Origin: an uncultured Nitrososphaeraceae archaeon
GTDB lineage: Archaea; Thermoproteota; Nitrososphaeria; Nitrososphaerales; Nitrososphaeraceae
Length of the DNA: 64,000 nt
NCBI GenBank assembly: GCA_963779615.1
Contig: CAVZZA010000003.1
Span: 928,001-992,000 of the forward strand
Direction of reading: 5' to 3'
How positions within the stretch are numbered: the first letter of the stretch is position 1; every line of letters begins with the position of its first letter. The notes beneath the pieces were generated by a model. That model was not told the origin of the DNA and searched no databases. It saw only the letters and a list, made by a program, of their open reading frames with translations. Shown here one piece after another: positions 1 through 11,726 of the stretch. The translations under genes and the position numbers were made by a program.

Positions 1-1001
1 TTTGCTTCCATGTCTTATAAAAATTATTTGATCAAATTTGCATTTGAAACGGTTAAACCCTAACTCAACTATGCCTGTCAATTATTGATAAAATAATTCC
101 ATGGCTCTTTTTCATCATTCAACAAATCTTGGATATAACTCAATCTTTTTAAATCATAAGCGAAAGTAATTTATTAGTGTTACTTTTATTAATATTATTT
201 AGGCCCTTATTCAAACACATAGTACTTCTTTCACATAACACATAAGTATTACTTTGTTAAGCGTTTATGATAATGAACCATAAATTTGAATTATAAATTT
301 CCTATATTAGCAACCTGTTCGATGATTAATTTGGAAACACATAAACCATTCGAAATTCAGTAAATTAATTATTATTTTGATAGGATGTTCCCATTTTTTG
401 AATAGACATGACCGACAACAAAATCCTTGTTCACATTACTAGATAGTAATGTGAGGGGATCCAAAAATGATAATATTATTTACAAGATGACACTGTTACG
501 AAAACGAAAGAAAGAATTCTTTAGAATTAGCCATTAGTTATTTTTAGATGAATTAACTTCTCTCATCACCAACAATACACTCCATTAAAAACTATTATTA
601 TCAATAAAGCATCGTTTGATCAAAATAAATTGTAATATATGAAATGTTTTTAACACAAACCATCATCATATAACATTTCAATATTATTTTATGTTATAAA
701 TAGTTAATTTGTAATATTTATACACTATTTCAAATCGAGACCACATACTGCCATATCGAATCAAGAATCAGATTAACCATTTAAATGTGAACATAAAATT
801 AGGTAAAAAGATAAACTAACATCCAAGTCACTTTTATGGTAGCGCTAATCTAACAATCTTTTTGTCTTTAATTACAATACTACATACATTGGTTTTTAAC
901 ATGAACATATCTATATTATTTTGTAACGAGGCAGTTAATGTCAATGCTATCAACAATATATAATAATTGGCATATGCATCAATATATACTGAAAATCAAT
1001 T

Positions 1002-1460
1002 TTGCAAAATTGGGATGACGACTTTAATGAAATAATGGAAAGAAAAATGAAACACTATAAAGAAAAAAACAATGTTGGAGCAAATAATAAAATCAATAAT
1101 GAAATGGCTCATAACAAACCCATTACATTAACTGATTACAATTTTACAGAATCAGTTAAAAAACACCGAATGTTAATTGTAGATTTTTGGGCTTCTTGGT
1201 GTGGCCCTTGCAAGATAGTTTCTCCCGTAATCGACCAATTGTCAAGTGAACTTGCAGGCAAGGCAGTATTTGGAAAGATAAATGTGGATGATAACCCGAG
1301 TGTATCTAATGCCTTTGGAATTCAAAGCATACCTACAATAATAATATTTAAAAATGCTCAAGCAATAGACAGAGTTGTTGGTGCAATGACAAAATCACAA
1401 TTGATATCAAAGATTTCCCCCCATATTGAAAAACCAGCAAATAACAGATTTAATAATTAG
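1002..1460 (+). CDS. trxA: Thioredoxin
   Basis: VDFWASWCGPCK active site and 'IQSIPT' cis-Pro motif. The true start may be downstream (ATG 1036-region or MAHNK). Confidence 0.93.
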   Translation: MQNWDDDFNEIMERKMKHYKEKNNVGANNKINNEMAHNKPITLTDYNFTESVKKHRMLIVDFWASWCGPCKIVSPVIDQLSSELAGKAVFGKINVDDNPSVSNAFGIQSIPTIIIFKNAQAIDRVVGAMTKSQLISKISPHIEKPANNRFNN

Positions 1461-1651
1461 CAAAATTGATGCACACAACATATAAAAGCTAATCAAATAT
1501 CCTTTTGTAACGTTTTAAAATATTTGATCAAAATTTTTAGAGAACGAATTAAATATGGCCGTATTGAAAATGATACTCCTTTATGGCCAAATGGAATAAA
1601 ATTTTTTAGTAATTTTAACAAAAATGCGTATATGTAGTAAGCACGCATCAA

Positions 1652-2356
1652 TCAAAAGTTCAAGATTTTAAAAGAAAACAACATAATGGTACTTAATATA
1701 GTTCCAATGCTTAGTATCTTTAAGCATTTTTCATATGTTTTAGCCCTATTAGCCTTTGTTTCATCCTTCTTGTAAATTTTATATGGACGAGAAAGCTTTA
1801 TTTCAATATAGCTTAAAATAAATGGAATAAGCGAAGCCAAAATGGAAGTGTTTGTAACAGTGTTGGTTTGTATTATAAAACCTGCATGAAATGGTAACAT
1901 ACCCCAGGAAATGGAAAACCAAAAATCGTTGTGAAAAAAACCACCAAATAATTCAAAATTATAAGCAAACAGGAAAAAGCTTTCCAAAATACAGATAATT
2001 AAAAGCAAAGGAGTATAATAAAAGATATAATAAAATCCCAACACATAAGAAAAAAACAAACAAAGGATTATCAGTAGCCAACTTTGCTTTTTAGAAAATA
2101 AATTACCCCAGGGCTTTACTCTTCTAGAACCAACATTGTCAGCAATATGAGCAGCAATTCCTAACGACATAAAATAAATTATAGAGATAGCAGATAGTCT
2201 TTCAAAATCCGTAACTGGAGATAACAATCCTCCCAAAATAACAAATGAAATGCACATCCCCGTGTATGGCAAAAACAGCAAACCTATAAAAATTCTGAAT
2301 TTTACGGGACCGAATTTTGGTACAAACCATTCATTTATTCTGGAATCGTTGTTCAT
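1652..2356 (-). CDS. Multi-pass membrane protein, possibly UbiA-prenyltransferase-like
   Basis: Several hydrophobic helices and a 'GIAAHIADN' motif. ATG at 2356 overlaps the upstream TGA (ATGA), so it is preferred over the ORF-track start at 2371. Confidence 0.6.
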   Translation of the reverse strand: MNNDSRINEWFVPKFGPVKFRIFIGLLFLPYTGMCISFVILGGLLSPVTDFERLSAISIIYFMSLGIAAHIADNVGSRRVKPWGNLFSKKQSWLLIILCLFFSYVLGFYYIFYYTPLLLIICILESFFLFAYNFELFGGFFHNDFWFSISWGMLPFHAGFIIQTNTVTNTSILASLIPFILSYIEIKLSRPYKIYKKDETKANRAKTYEKCLKILSIGTILSTIMLFSFKILNF

Positions 2357-3030
2357 GGTTTTTTTGCCCATACTATAGAGGATGTTTCGAATGTAAGGGT
2401 CTCAGAAACTATTTTTGTAAACCCTTTGTCTAGCAGAATTATTGGTAATGCATCTTTCCATTCTGTTTTCATTATCAAGGAATCCAATTCATTAAAAACC
2501 TTGCTCCAATTCTTTAATAACTTACCACTCAGTTTGAGCAGTTTAAAGTAAATTATCCACAATTTTTGAAAGATTATTTGATTTGGATAAATGAAATCAT
2601 GTAAAATCAGCATTCCCCCTTTTCTGAGGACCCGAAAACATTCATTAACAAGATCTGTTAAATTTACATATTTAGGCAGGTATGAGCCAACAACACAATC
2701 AAAATAATTGTTTTGAAATGGTAAAAACTCTGCGATTCCATTAATACAAAAGGCTCCTAATTTCTTTGTTTTCAATATTTTGAGATATTCAAAAGTCAAG
2801 TCTATTCCAAAGACAGTAATCCCTTTTTCCTTGCTTAACAAAGAAGATAGAATTCCCGTACCGCAAGCTAAATCCAGGGTTAGTCCTTTTGTTGACATTT
2901 TACCCAATATTTTTTTCTTCCAATAATAATCTTGACCAAATGTTGTAAATTGAACCAGTCTATCATAAGCTGTGGCATTAAATCCAGTAAAGAACTCTTT
3001 TGCATACGAATATCCAAAATCTTTATCCAT
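2353..3030 (-). CDS. Class I SAM-dependent methyltransferase, UbiE/COQ5-like
   Basis: LDLACGTG motif I, 'LPFQNNYFD', 'RVLRKGG'. Confidence 0.88.
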   Translation of the reverse strand: MDKDFGYSYAKEFFTGFNATAYDRLVQFTTFGQDYYWKKKILGKMSTKGLTLDLACGTGILSSLLSKEKGITVFGIDLTFEYLKILKTKKLGAFCINGIAEFLPFQNNYFDCVVGSYLPKYVNLTDLVNECFRVLRKGGMLILHDFIYPNQIIFQKLWIIYFKLLKLSGKLLKNWSKVFNELDSLIMKTEWKDALPIILLDKGFTKIVSETLTFETSSIVWAKKP

Positions 3031-3199
3031 GATTAATACAACTTATGCTAGTCAAAATTTTTAACCTTTGTCTATTCATTTCTGATTTGTTTTTTTACAA
3101 GATAACTATCAAATGTAAAAAATAGCTAAAAGCGTTCTATCATTTTATAGTTTATTCGCCTAATTTAATTAGGCCATATATGTTTTTTATAAAATTTAA

Positions 3200-3601
3200 T
3201 TGCCAGGGTTTACCTATATTATTGAAATGGGACGTTGGGATGAAGGTAAAAAACCAGGAAAAAGTAAAAATTTACCAAAATTAATCAAAAAGATAATCTA
3301 TATTGGATTCATCATTGTAGCGGTAGTAATATTAGCAGTGTTTATACCCAGAGCGGGATTGAATGTAGAATTATTGCACCGTGGTGGAGAAATAGAAACC
3401 ATTAGCACCAAAATAAGCAATAATAATTTTTTCGCTCTACATAATGTTACAGTTCAATTTGATAATGGGAAAACCCAAAACATTGGAGACCTAGGACCTT
3501 TTGGATCAGCAATGATTTCACCTGAATCGGAAAATATCAACTTTAAAAAAATAATTGTGAAAGCTAATGATGGACAAATAGAATCGATTAAAAACAGATA
3601 G
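3200..3601 (+). CDS. Hypothetical membrane-anchored protein
   Basis: One TM helix followed by a beta-rich domain. The start may be ATG 3227. Confidence 0.65.
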   Translation: MPGFTYIIEMGRWDEGKKPGKSKNLPKLIKKIIYIGFIIVAVVILAVFIPRAGLNVELLHRGGEIETISTKISNNNFFALHNVTVQFDNGKTQNIGDLGPFGSAMISPESENINFKKIIVKANDGQIESIKNR

Positions 3602-3978
3602 GATTTTTCGTACCTAAACATATTTATAAATAATAATATTTTAGGTACACCCTTTTCTAATTGACCTAATAACCTGAATTATAGAACATGAAAATAAAGT
3701 TTTAGATTTTTCATTATAACCAATTTTAACCATAGTTCAATTAGCCGGCGCTACATTCAATTGTATCTTTTATCCACTTCATCCAAAAAAAATTTAATAC
3801 AAGTTTTATAGATTGAGTACATTTAATGATGACATGCATTAGATTAATACCTTTACGAATAACAACAACTTATAACAAGTTTTGTAAAACAGTATTAGTT
3901 TAAATTATAAAAATTAGATCTTTTCAAAAGAACATCCACATGAAAACATACTAATTGTTATTTATCCATGAATATGAC

Positions 3979-4236
3979 CTATTTACACTCAATAACATTA
4001 ATTCGTGTACCTTAATAGATCTTTTTGATGTCCAGGTTGAATCTTTTTGTTCCATGATATCGAGAAACTATATCTTTAAGCGACTGAAAGTCTGAATAGT
4101 AATCAGACAGCAAATTATACTTGCCCTGTCTCCAGCATTCCTCAACAGCATTGAATTCAGGAGAACCAACAGGAAATACTCTATCCTCATATTATCTTCG
4201 TTTCTTTGCAGGCATTCCTGAACTGCTTTAGATCTA
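3979..4236 (-). mobile_element. IS630-family transposase C-terminal remnant
   Basis: Minus strand reads 'SKAVQECLQRNEDNMRIEY/FPVGSPEFNAVEECWRQGKYNLLSDYY..RFNLDIKK' with a frameshift. SPEFNAVEECW matches the DDE_3 'SPxLNPIExxW' motif. Boundaries are approximate. Confidence 0.8.
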
Positions 4237-4450
4237 TCCTAGTACACGTCCTACAAGCAAGATCCTTTCTCTAACAATGGCATCCTGTTCATCCTTGTGT
4301 GCCTTGTCTAGTAGTGCGGATCTAACCGATTTCAACTAGTGAACCAAGTCATATGGAAAGGTTAGCTAAAAATTTATCTATGGATTTAGGTTATTGAGTA
4401 TACTTGAGTGAGATTTAAATGAACAAGGAAAATTTCAAGAGTTAAAAAAG

Positions 4451-5008
4451 TCAGCTTTTGGACATATTACGAATATCCATAGTTATTATAGACTTGTCTT
4501 TTAAAGGTATGCTATTAAAATCAATAGATGATGGATCAATAGCAACCCCGTTACTAAAAATATTTATATCATGATTAGACGAAACAGCGGACAGATTGTT
4601 GATAAATGAGGAATTATCAAATGTTTTCCATACATTTAAGAACTGGCCAAGTGTGTATGTTTGTTTCAATGGCGACTCTATATGGATAATTCCAGATCCG
4701 TCATGTGTGTGTAACCAGAAAATGCAATTGTTTGGGATAATTCCTAATCCTCCAGGAATATTCTGGGTCTTGTTTTGTATTTTTACAACTAGCTTGGTAT
4801 GATTATGGAAAACTAGGTGTTCTATCTTGTCGCATTGTATGCCGCCAATGGACTTTGTAATATTGTTTATACCATATTTTGAAATACTTTGATTTTGATT
4901 TTGATTTTGATTTTGTGCATAAACTGTATAATATTGTACAGGCCCTAAAACAACAACTAAATAAACTATAAAACTCAATATCATCATGTTTTGTGTTAAT
5001 TCATTCAT
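4451..5008 (-). CDS. Secreted hypothetical protein with His-rich motif
   Basis: N-terminal signal/TM segment, (QN)n linker, 'WLHTHDGSGIIHIES' putative metal-binding motif. Confidence 0.75.
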   Translation of the reverse strand: MNELTQNMMILSFIVYLVVVLGPVQYYTVYAQNQNQNQNQSISKYGINNITKSIGGIQCDKIEHLVFHNHTKLVVKIQNKTQNIPGGLGIIPNNCIFWLHTHDGSGIIHIESPLKQTYTLGQFLNVWKTFDNSSFINNLSAVSSNHDINIFSNGVAIDPSSIDFNSIPLKDKSIITMDIRNMSKS

Positions 5009-5251
5009 TGTGTAGAAATATTTTTAGCAATATATAAGTTAATTATACACACTATAGGCGAAAGGCATTGGATGAAGGTACAAAGCAAAACAGACATAAA
5101 GAGAAAGATCGAAAAAACCTCTATCAAACTACAGATCCAAAACAAAATAACAAACTCAAATACATTTTGAAAGTGTTTTATAATTTATTCACAACATATC
5201 ATTGCATTTGTTTTAGATAGAATAAATAACAAGTTTTATTCCATATGTTCT

Positions 5252-5494
5252 ATGAGCGATTTTGCATATTTTAGATTCTTGAGTCACAATTTGCTAACAG
5301 AAGAAGAGAGAAAAAACAAAGAGGAAATTATTGCAATTACTGAAGAAGTATTAGATGCCAAAGGCATCGAGTGTGACGCAACAATATCAAAGGTATCAGA
5401 AGACGATTTGAAAGAAATACTTGAAGGCGTAAGACAGATTCGCAAAAAGAAAATGAGAAAATATAAAACAGTAGATATGTCAATAGAAAAATAG
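5252..5494 (+). CDS. Hypothetical protein
   Basis: Clean ATG ORF, 1 nt from the next gene. Confidence 0.65.
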   Translation: MSDFAYFRFLSHNLLTEEERKNKEEIIAITEEVLDAKGIECDATISKVSEDDLKEILEGVRQIRKKKMRKYKTVDMSIEK

Positions 5495-5495
5495 A

Positions 5496-5810
5496 TTGAG
5501 CAACAAATACCCATTTTGGCCATTTTATAGTGGCCTAGGCTTTGCATTATTTGGGATGTTATTGATCGTACTAAAAATAAATATGAGGGTATCTTTCGTT
5601 TTTTTTATAATCGCTCTATTTCTATTGATATTGTGGGTATACCTAATTATTAGAATTGATTACAAAAAGAATAAAAGGAAAAATCCTGTATGCACATGCT
5701 CTATTTGTGGTCATGAAAAATCAGATGCATGTATTCAAGAAAAATGCCCATGTTGCATAAGTATGAAAGATAATGTAGTAGTAGGGCACTCTAATAATTC
5801 TCTTCAATAA
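5496..5810 (+). CDS. Small 2-TM protein with Cys-rich C-terminus
   Basis: Two TM helices, then CTCSICGH..C....CPCC. Confidence 0.65.
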   Translation: MSNKYPFWPFYSGLGFALFGMLLIVLKINMRVSFVFFIIALFLLILWVYLIIRIDYKKNKRKNPVCTCSICGHEKSDACIQEKCPCCISMKDNVVVGHSNNSLQ

Positions 5811-6629
5811 TGCCAGTTCAGTCATCTAGCAACACGTTACAAAACACAAATACAAAGTTTTGTTTGTAACTTTAATGGGTAAATAATTATTTTATGTTCT
5901 TATCATTTCCTATGCAGGCTATGCCTTTATAGGATCTTATCAAATTATAATGTTTTTAAGGGACCATTTATCGCCAACAATTCATGTTTATATACATACG
6001 CACAGAATAACAATGGATGTTGCTAAAAAAAATCGCTGCAATCAAATATACCTAAATTACTAATTCCTTGAATTAGGATCAACGTGAACCATTGCAAATG
6101 AATTATCTAACTATTTGGGTTTTTAGTAACATTTCAATTCATCAACATTACAAAAAAAATATTTACATACCCTTTTATGAATACACATTGATTTCCTGAA
6201 AAAAATCAAATAATTAATTAATAATGATATTGTATAATAAAAACAATAAAATATTTTTTTACAATAAGTTTATTATCTTTGGAATGTATACTAATGGGAA
6301 TCGTGACTTCTTTAAATCCCACTTGGTAAATGGGAACAACAAATACAAAAAGGTTGAAAATGTCGATAAAGTACAATATTAAAATAATTTGATCATCAAT
6401 ATCAGTTTAGAGATTAGATGCATTAATCTTTATAGCATAATTACAGCTCAAATGAAAATAGCCCAGTAACAATTTTTTTAGCGTTTACAAAAAGAATGAA
6501 ATTTTAATTAGTCGATGTTTACTCAATTACCAACATTACCATGAACATCATCATAATTTAAAAATTTGTCAATAAAACGATTCTAAAAACATAAAGCACT
6601 GGTATTTAATAAAATACCCACGCCATTCG

Positions 6630-6946
6630 TTATTCAATATCAAGAAATTCCAAAACATCAGATATAAACATCTTTCCCTTGATAGTTCCACCTTATTTAA
6701 TTGCATCAATGACTTCTTTTACTTTCGTATCAGGAACAATTGTTTCTACTCTTATTCTACGAGCAAACTCTGGAACAAACATCTCTTTAGTTCTATAGCC
6801 CTGTACAATTCTTTCTGATGGCTCTCTTTCTATTGATCCCATACCCATGACATCAAAATACGTAATACCATCAACATTAACTTCTTGTAAGATTTGTTTT
6901 AAAGCATTAAGTTATTTTTCGGAATATACAAAATCAGTGATTTCAT
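6630..6946 (-). pseudogene. P-II (GlnB/GlnK-like) nitrogen regulator pseudogene
   Basis: Reads 'LKQILQEVNVDGITYFDVMGMG..RIRVETIVPDTKVKEVIDAIK*GGTIKGKMFISDV'. Has a 5' frameshift/stop and an internal TAA at 6693-6695. Confidence 0.85.
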
Positions 6947-7436
6947 ACTAGTAAATGAGATCAGGTTTATTTAAATATTATAAACTTAATTAAAACAATA
7001 CAAATAATTAATATTTGAAATTTATATAAATATTAGATACTTATTGTTATTAAGTAACAATTGGTCATAACTTTATTGTCAAATTTTTTATAGCAAATGG
7101 CTGTGGAGTTATTATCAACATTTTTTCTATCGAAATAATTAACACGTACATATTAAAATAAAATTTTTTTTCAAAAACACCAATACAAAAGAATTTGATC
7201 GCGTATAATGATATATACTTAATTGCTAATACAAAAATAAATAATACAAAATGTTTACAAAATATCAAAAGTACCGTTCAAGACAACACCGCATATCATA
7301 AAGAAAAACTATAGAACAAAATACATATGCTTATAGATTGTCCAAAACCTTTTGGATAATATAAAATACGTTATCAAATATTTTATAATTATAAAAAATG
7401 TTAAATTAAATCACTACAGTCTATCATCTATACAAT

Positions 7437-7808
7437 ATGACAACATTTACATCAATTGAGAAAAAATCGGTTAACTCTCCAGACGATCTCCGCACTTTTG
7501 ACAAAGGCAAAGTTGAATTAACAACTTTTAATGATGGGGCAACCATAGGGCGCATAACGCTTGAACCAGGTTGGAGTTGGGATAAATGTGTAAAACCAAT
7601 TGTTAACACCAACAGTTGTCAAGCACCCCATACTCAATATATGATATCAGGAAGAATAAAAGTTGTAATGGATGACGGAACAGAAGAAGAATTTGGTCCT
7701 GGCGACACCTCCTTAATCCCTCCAGGTCACAATGCGTGGGTTGTTGGAGATGAATCAGTAGTGGCAATTGATTTTACCGGATTGAGGAATTATGCCAAAA
7801 GACAGTGA
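7437..7808 (+). CDS. Cupin domain protein
   Basis: 'LEPGWSW..CQAPHTQYMISG' and 'IPPGHNAWVVG' cupin motifs. Confidence 0.88.
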   Translation: MTTFTSIEKKSVNSPDDLRTFDKGKVELTTFNDGATIGRITLEPGWSWDKCVKPIVNTNSCQAPHTQYMISGRIKVVMDDGTEEEFGPGDTSLIPPGHNAWVVGDESVVAIDFTGLRNYAKRQ

Positions 7809-8097
7809 TCAGGGATTACAACAGAAATCAGGCGCATATGATACTTGACTGTATTCCATACAATTTACAATGTGCTTTGGTCACACAATACATGAAGTTT
7901 TTTATAATTATCCACATGAATGAAACCTGCATAACAATGGTTCAAATGGCGATTGTTTGAAATCATAATCAAATGTGTTGCAACACTATTGCCTTTTTAA
8001 CAACTTTTTTAACTACAGAATGACGCGAGAATACTCAAAATGATTATTTATTAAAGACAAAAGTAAGTCTATAAACACCTAACATTTAAAACAATCA

Positions 8098-9345
8098 TTG
8101 GAACAGAATCCACTCGCATCTCATGCTCAAGAGATAAAGCAAAACATACAGTTTGACCATAAAAGAAACGATCCTGTATTTCTTGTTGGAATTGAAATAG
8201 AGGGTTGTCTATTGAATGACAAAGGACGCCCCATAGATGCATCAGCACTTATTGAGAAATCACTCAATACCAAATATCCACTGGATTATGAATATGGCAA
8301 ATGCCAATTTGAATTTAAAACTTATCCATTATCCTTTTACGAGTTATCAAAGATCAACGAAATAACCCAAGATTTTATAGAAGGTCTTGAAAATCTTGCC
8401 AGAAAAGCATATCCAAATCAAAATGTCATACCGGTCTTCTTAGGAGGAAATCCGTCCCCAATTCTCTCCGATGAGACGGCTATCACCAACAAACCGCGCT
8501 ACAAAAAAATATCAGACTGGCAATCTACTTTTCCAGATGCTCAAATGGATGGTCAAACGTTTAAATCAAACTTAATTGGAACTGCCATACAAGGGTTTCA
8601 TTTTCACCTACAGGGAAAAAACGCTGATTACACTGCCCACATGTTCAACCACATTTTAAATTTAATTCCTTCATCCATTCTTTTGGGTGCAAACAGTAGA
8701 CTAATAGCAGGTAGAATATATTCAATATACGAACCTAGAGTGTTTTTATTCGATCAAGCTGAAGGACAAAATTCCGGGTTTCCAGCTATTTCCAAGTACA
8801 TAGGAAGTCTAGAAGAATATGTAGATTACGTTGCATCACGTCAACCAGTATTAGCCTCAAATTACTATGAATTAGAAAAAGAAAGACATGATGATGTTCG
8901 GATTAGAATAACCGATGAATCGTATCGCGTTGAAACAAGAATTTTATCAGTACAGCCAACAGCTCAAGAATTAATATCCATGATTGAATTTTTTATAGGC
9001 TATCTACATCACACTATTTCTGAGCAAAGGCCACTAAGACCACTATCCGACATCAGGGAAGAGAGAATGTCAGTAATAAGGTCGGGGTTTAATGCGCAAG
9101 GAGTATTTGACTTTGCACAAAGCATCAGACTAGAATTAGATTTTGCGAAAAAAGGTCTTTATGATTTAAACATCAATCCAGAATTTTTGGACATTTTATA
9201 TAGAAGGCTGGAAGGCAAAACCTCAGTTGGAGAATTAGTGGTGAATATGTGGGATAAAAAATTCAATGGCTCATTAGAAGAAACCACAGTTGAAGTAATC
9301 TCAGCAATATGGGAACATACAAAAAGAAACAAACCGCTCACATGA
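8098..9345 (+). CDS. Glutamate-cysteine ligase family (GCS2 / carboxylate-amine ligase)
   Basis: 'VGIEIE', 'QFEFKT', 'QGFHFHL', 'ANS', 'RVETRILSVQPT' motifs. Confidence 0.8.
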   Translation: MEQNPLASHAQEIKQNIQFDHKRNDPVFLVGIEIEGCLLNDKGRPIDASALIEKSLNTKYPLDYEYGKCQFEFKTYPLSFYELSKINEITQDFIEGLENLARKAYPNQNVIPVFLGGNPSPILSDETAITNKPRYKKISDWQSTFPDAQMDGQTFKSNLIGTAIQGFHFHLQGKNADYTAHMFNHILNLIPSSILLGANSRLIAGRIYSIYEPRVFLFDQAEGQNSGFPAISKYIGSLEEYVDYVASRQPVLASNYYELEKERHDDVRIRITDESYRVETRILSVQPTAQELISMIEFFIGYLHHTISEQRPLRPLSDIREERMSVIRSGFNAQGVFDFAQSIRLELDFAKKGLYDLNINPEFLDILYRRLEGKTSVGELVVNMWDKKFNGSLEETTVEVISAIWEHTKRNKPLT

Positions 9346-10242
9346 TCAAATGGAAGTAATGCTTTCATCTATATCCAAATTTTTAAATAAACAATACAAT
9401 TTACCAATTAGCAAAAGTATTCTAAACAATCTTACATTATTATAGTGAATTTATAATAAAAATTCACTCCACAATACCACAAACTTGGATAGAAAATTAT
9501 CAATATTAATTATTTAATTTAGCTAACATATGCAATGGCATATAAACATGGAAGAATTTTTTTCCTGTTTAAGTAGTGAATCGACAATATATTCAGACAA
9601 TTATACAATGCAAGGCAATAGAGAATGGATAAATTAACAGATGTCATTCAGATAATCGCAGTATTTAATTTTCAAATCCAAACCAAATGCTGGAATTCTA
9701 TACCAAGAGGTTTCACAGCATACTGTTCGTTAATAGGTCAGGCCATTTATTTAAAGCCAAATAATCCATAACATTAATGATCTCTTTATTAGTCACAATT
9801 CGGAAAATAACTGATATTTTTGTCATAGATATTTACATCATTTGGTACATGGCAATCATGAATAAAGAATAACCCTTTAATTTAGGAAACATTGACAATA
9901 ATAAAAAACGCAACAAATCAGAATAGATTTCAAAAAACTACACAAGTAAATAGAAGATGAAATTGAAACAACAAATAATCAAATAATTTATTACTCATGT
10001 GTCGTTTTGAATAATAGTAAAAACAGCCAAAAATAAATAGAAATTGACTAATAAGGCTAATTTGTTATTTAATAGCCGGCCCAGTTGTCAGGGCATTTAG
10101 CATATTGTTACCATAACAAGAAATAATATATATAAAGTCATTGTCATTAGAATAGCCAGAAATAAAAATAAAAGATAATATCGCATTAATTTGAATAAAT
10201 TAAATTTAATGAATACAAATTTCAGGGTTGACCGTCGAGGTC

Positions 10243-10428
10243 TTATTCACCGTGGTTTTCAATCTCTTCATAAATCATCATTGCTGAATAAAATATTTCA
10301 TTACCTTTAACTGCCATAGAATACTTTATATCAATTAATTCATTATTACCAAGGTCTCTAAGAAACTCATTTACATCTTCCATGACCGATATTTGATTAC
10401 TTGCTGTATGAATACTAATTTGTCTCAT
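10243..10428 (-). CDS. Cse60 (DUF2758)-like small protein
   Basis: 'EDVNEFL..IDIKYS..YSAMMIY' matches the Cse60-family pattern. Confidence 0.65.
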   Translation of the reverse strand: MRQISIHTASNQISVMEDVNEFLRDLGNNELIDIKYSMAVKGNEIFYSAMMIYEEIENHGE

Positions 10429-11312
10429 AATAAAAAGTTAATCTCATTCTATTTGAACATTGCAAATAATTAAACAAGGATCAATTAACATGATTAAAAC
10501 AGTATAGAATGCAATGGAAACTTTCTAAATGTACAAAACACCACCACCACTTTAGCAATCAGATAATTTTATGCAAAACAAATTAATCCTTTCGCTTTAC
10601 AAATATCCGTTGTTTACTAATTTTAGACAGTTGTTGTATTTATCAACACTAGTTTAGAACATATCAAATGCCCTTCTCTAACAATTAACTTTTTTGCCAG
10701 CATATCTGAATACACCTAACCCAGAGTTAGGAAATACATGCAAGATGTCGAAATCAGAATTATGCTATATATAATGAGTGGGCCCTGTTTCCCAAGATAC
10801 CACCCATGCACTATTGGTCAAAAAATGGATTAAGAAATTTATACCATGTTTCTACATTTCACTAATTTTAAGTTACAATGAACAACCATCTTTTAAGCGA
10901 AAATCATTATAAGCTGTCTACAGGCCATTACACAATTTATCCACCAAATAATAACTTGAAATTTAAATTAATTTTCCATTTGAATAAATTTTTTAGACGG
11001 ATACAAAAACTTGGGAATTTTTTTATCAATTTACATTTCATATAGTTACCATTTTTTTTCTCAACAGAAGTCATATAAAAGAAATAATAGAAACTTACAA
11101 ACAGGTCATAGTCATAAAGCATACTTCCACACTACAACTAATAAATCTTATGCATTCCAAACACCGTCACAATATTGAAATCAAAATCACCATAAGAACA
11201 AGATCATTAAACCAAAACAATCTCTCAACAATAAAACCTTCTCTTCATAACAAGAACATGAGATTTCATTAATTTATGAAATACGATATCTTATTATATA
11301 AACTACAGGCTA

Positions 11313-11726
11313 TTGGTTATAATGAGTGGTATTGAAGATATTACAACAAAATACGATGATTTAATTCATACAATTAAAACACTTTTGCCAAAAGTGAATC
11401 CAAAACTGATAATTGAATTATTACCCCTATTGAAAGAAGAAGAGGCACCCATGTATAATCTCCAGGTCCATCTTAAAGAAAATTCAAATATTGATGAAAT
11501 AAGAAATACGGTATGGAACGAATTGAAAGTAATACCTGCTTTTTATTCGGATGGGACCCATGCTGTAATTGAGCACCGGATAACACTCCAAATACTTGAA
11601 AACATTAGCAAATTGAACGCCGTTGATAATATAAGTGGCTCATACTCTGGTGGAGGAAGAGCATCTAGAGGGCCAACTTTAGAAAGGGATGCGGACGACA
11701 AATCATCAGGAACTGGCAAATACTAA
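11313..11726 (+). CDS. Hypothetical protein
   Basis: 137-aa ORF with an upstream TATA-like TTATATAA. The start may be ATG 11322. Confidence 0.7.
   Translation: MVIMSGIEDITTKYDDLIHTIKTLLPKVNPKLIIELLPLLKEEEAPMYNLQVHLKENSNIDEIRNTVWNELKVIPAFYSDGTHAVIEHRITLQILENISKLNAVDNISGSYSGGGRASRGPTLERDADDKSSGTGKY

Noticed and set aside
10074-10112. TAGCCGGCCCAGTTGTCAGGGCATTTAGC as a sixth att-like copy (similar weak hits near 37905 and 41785)
   Set aside because: They need gaps and match only parts of the motif, so they cannot be told from chance by eye.
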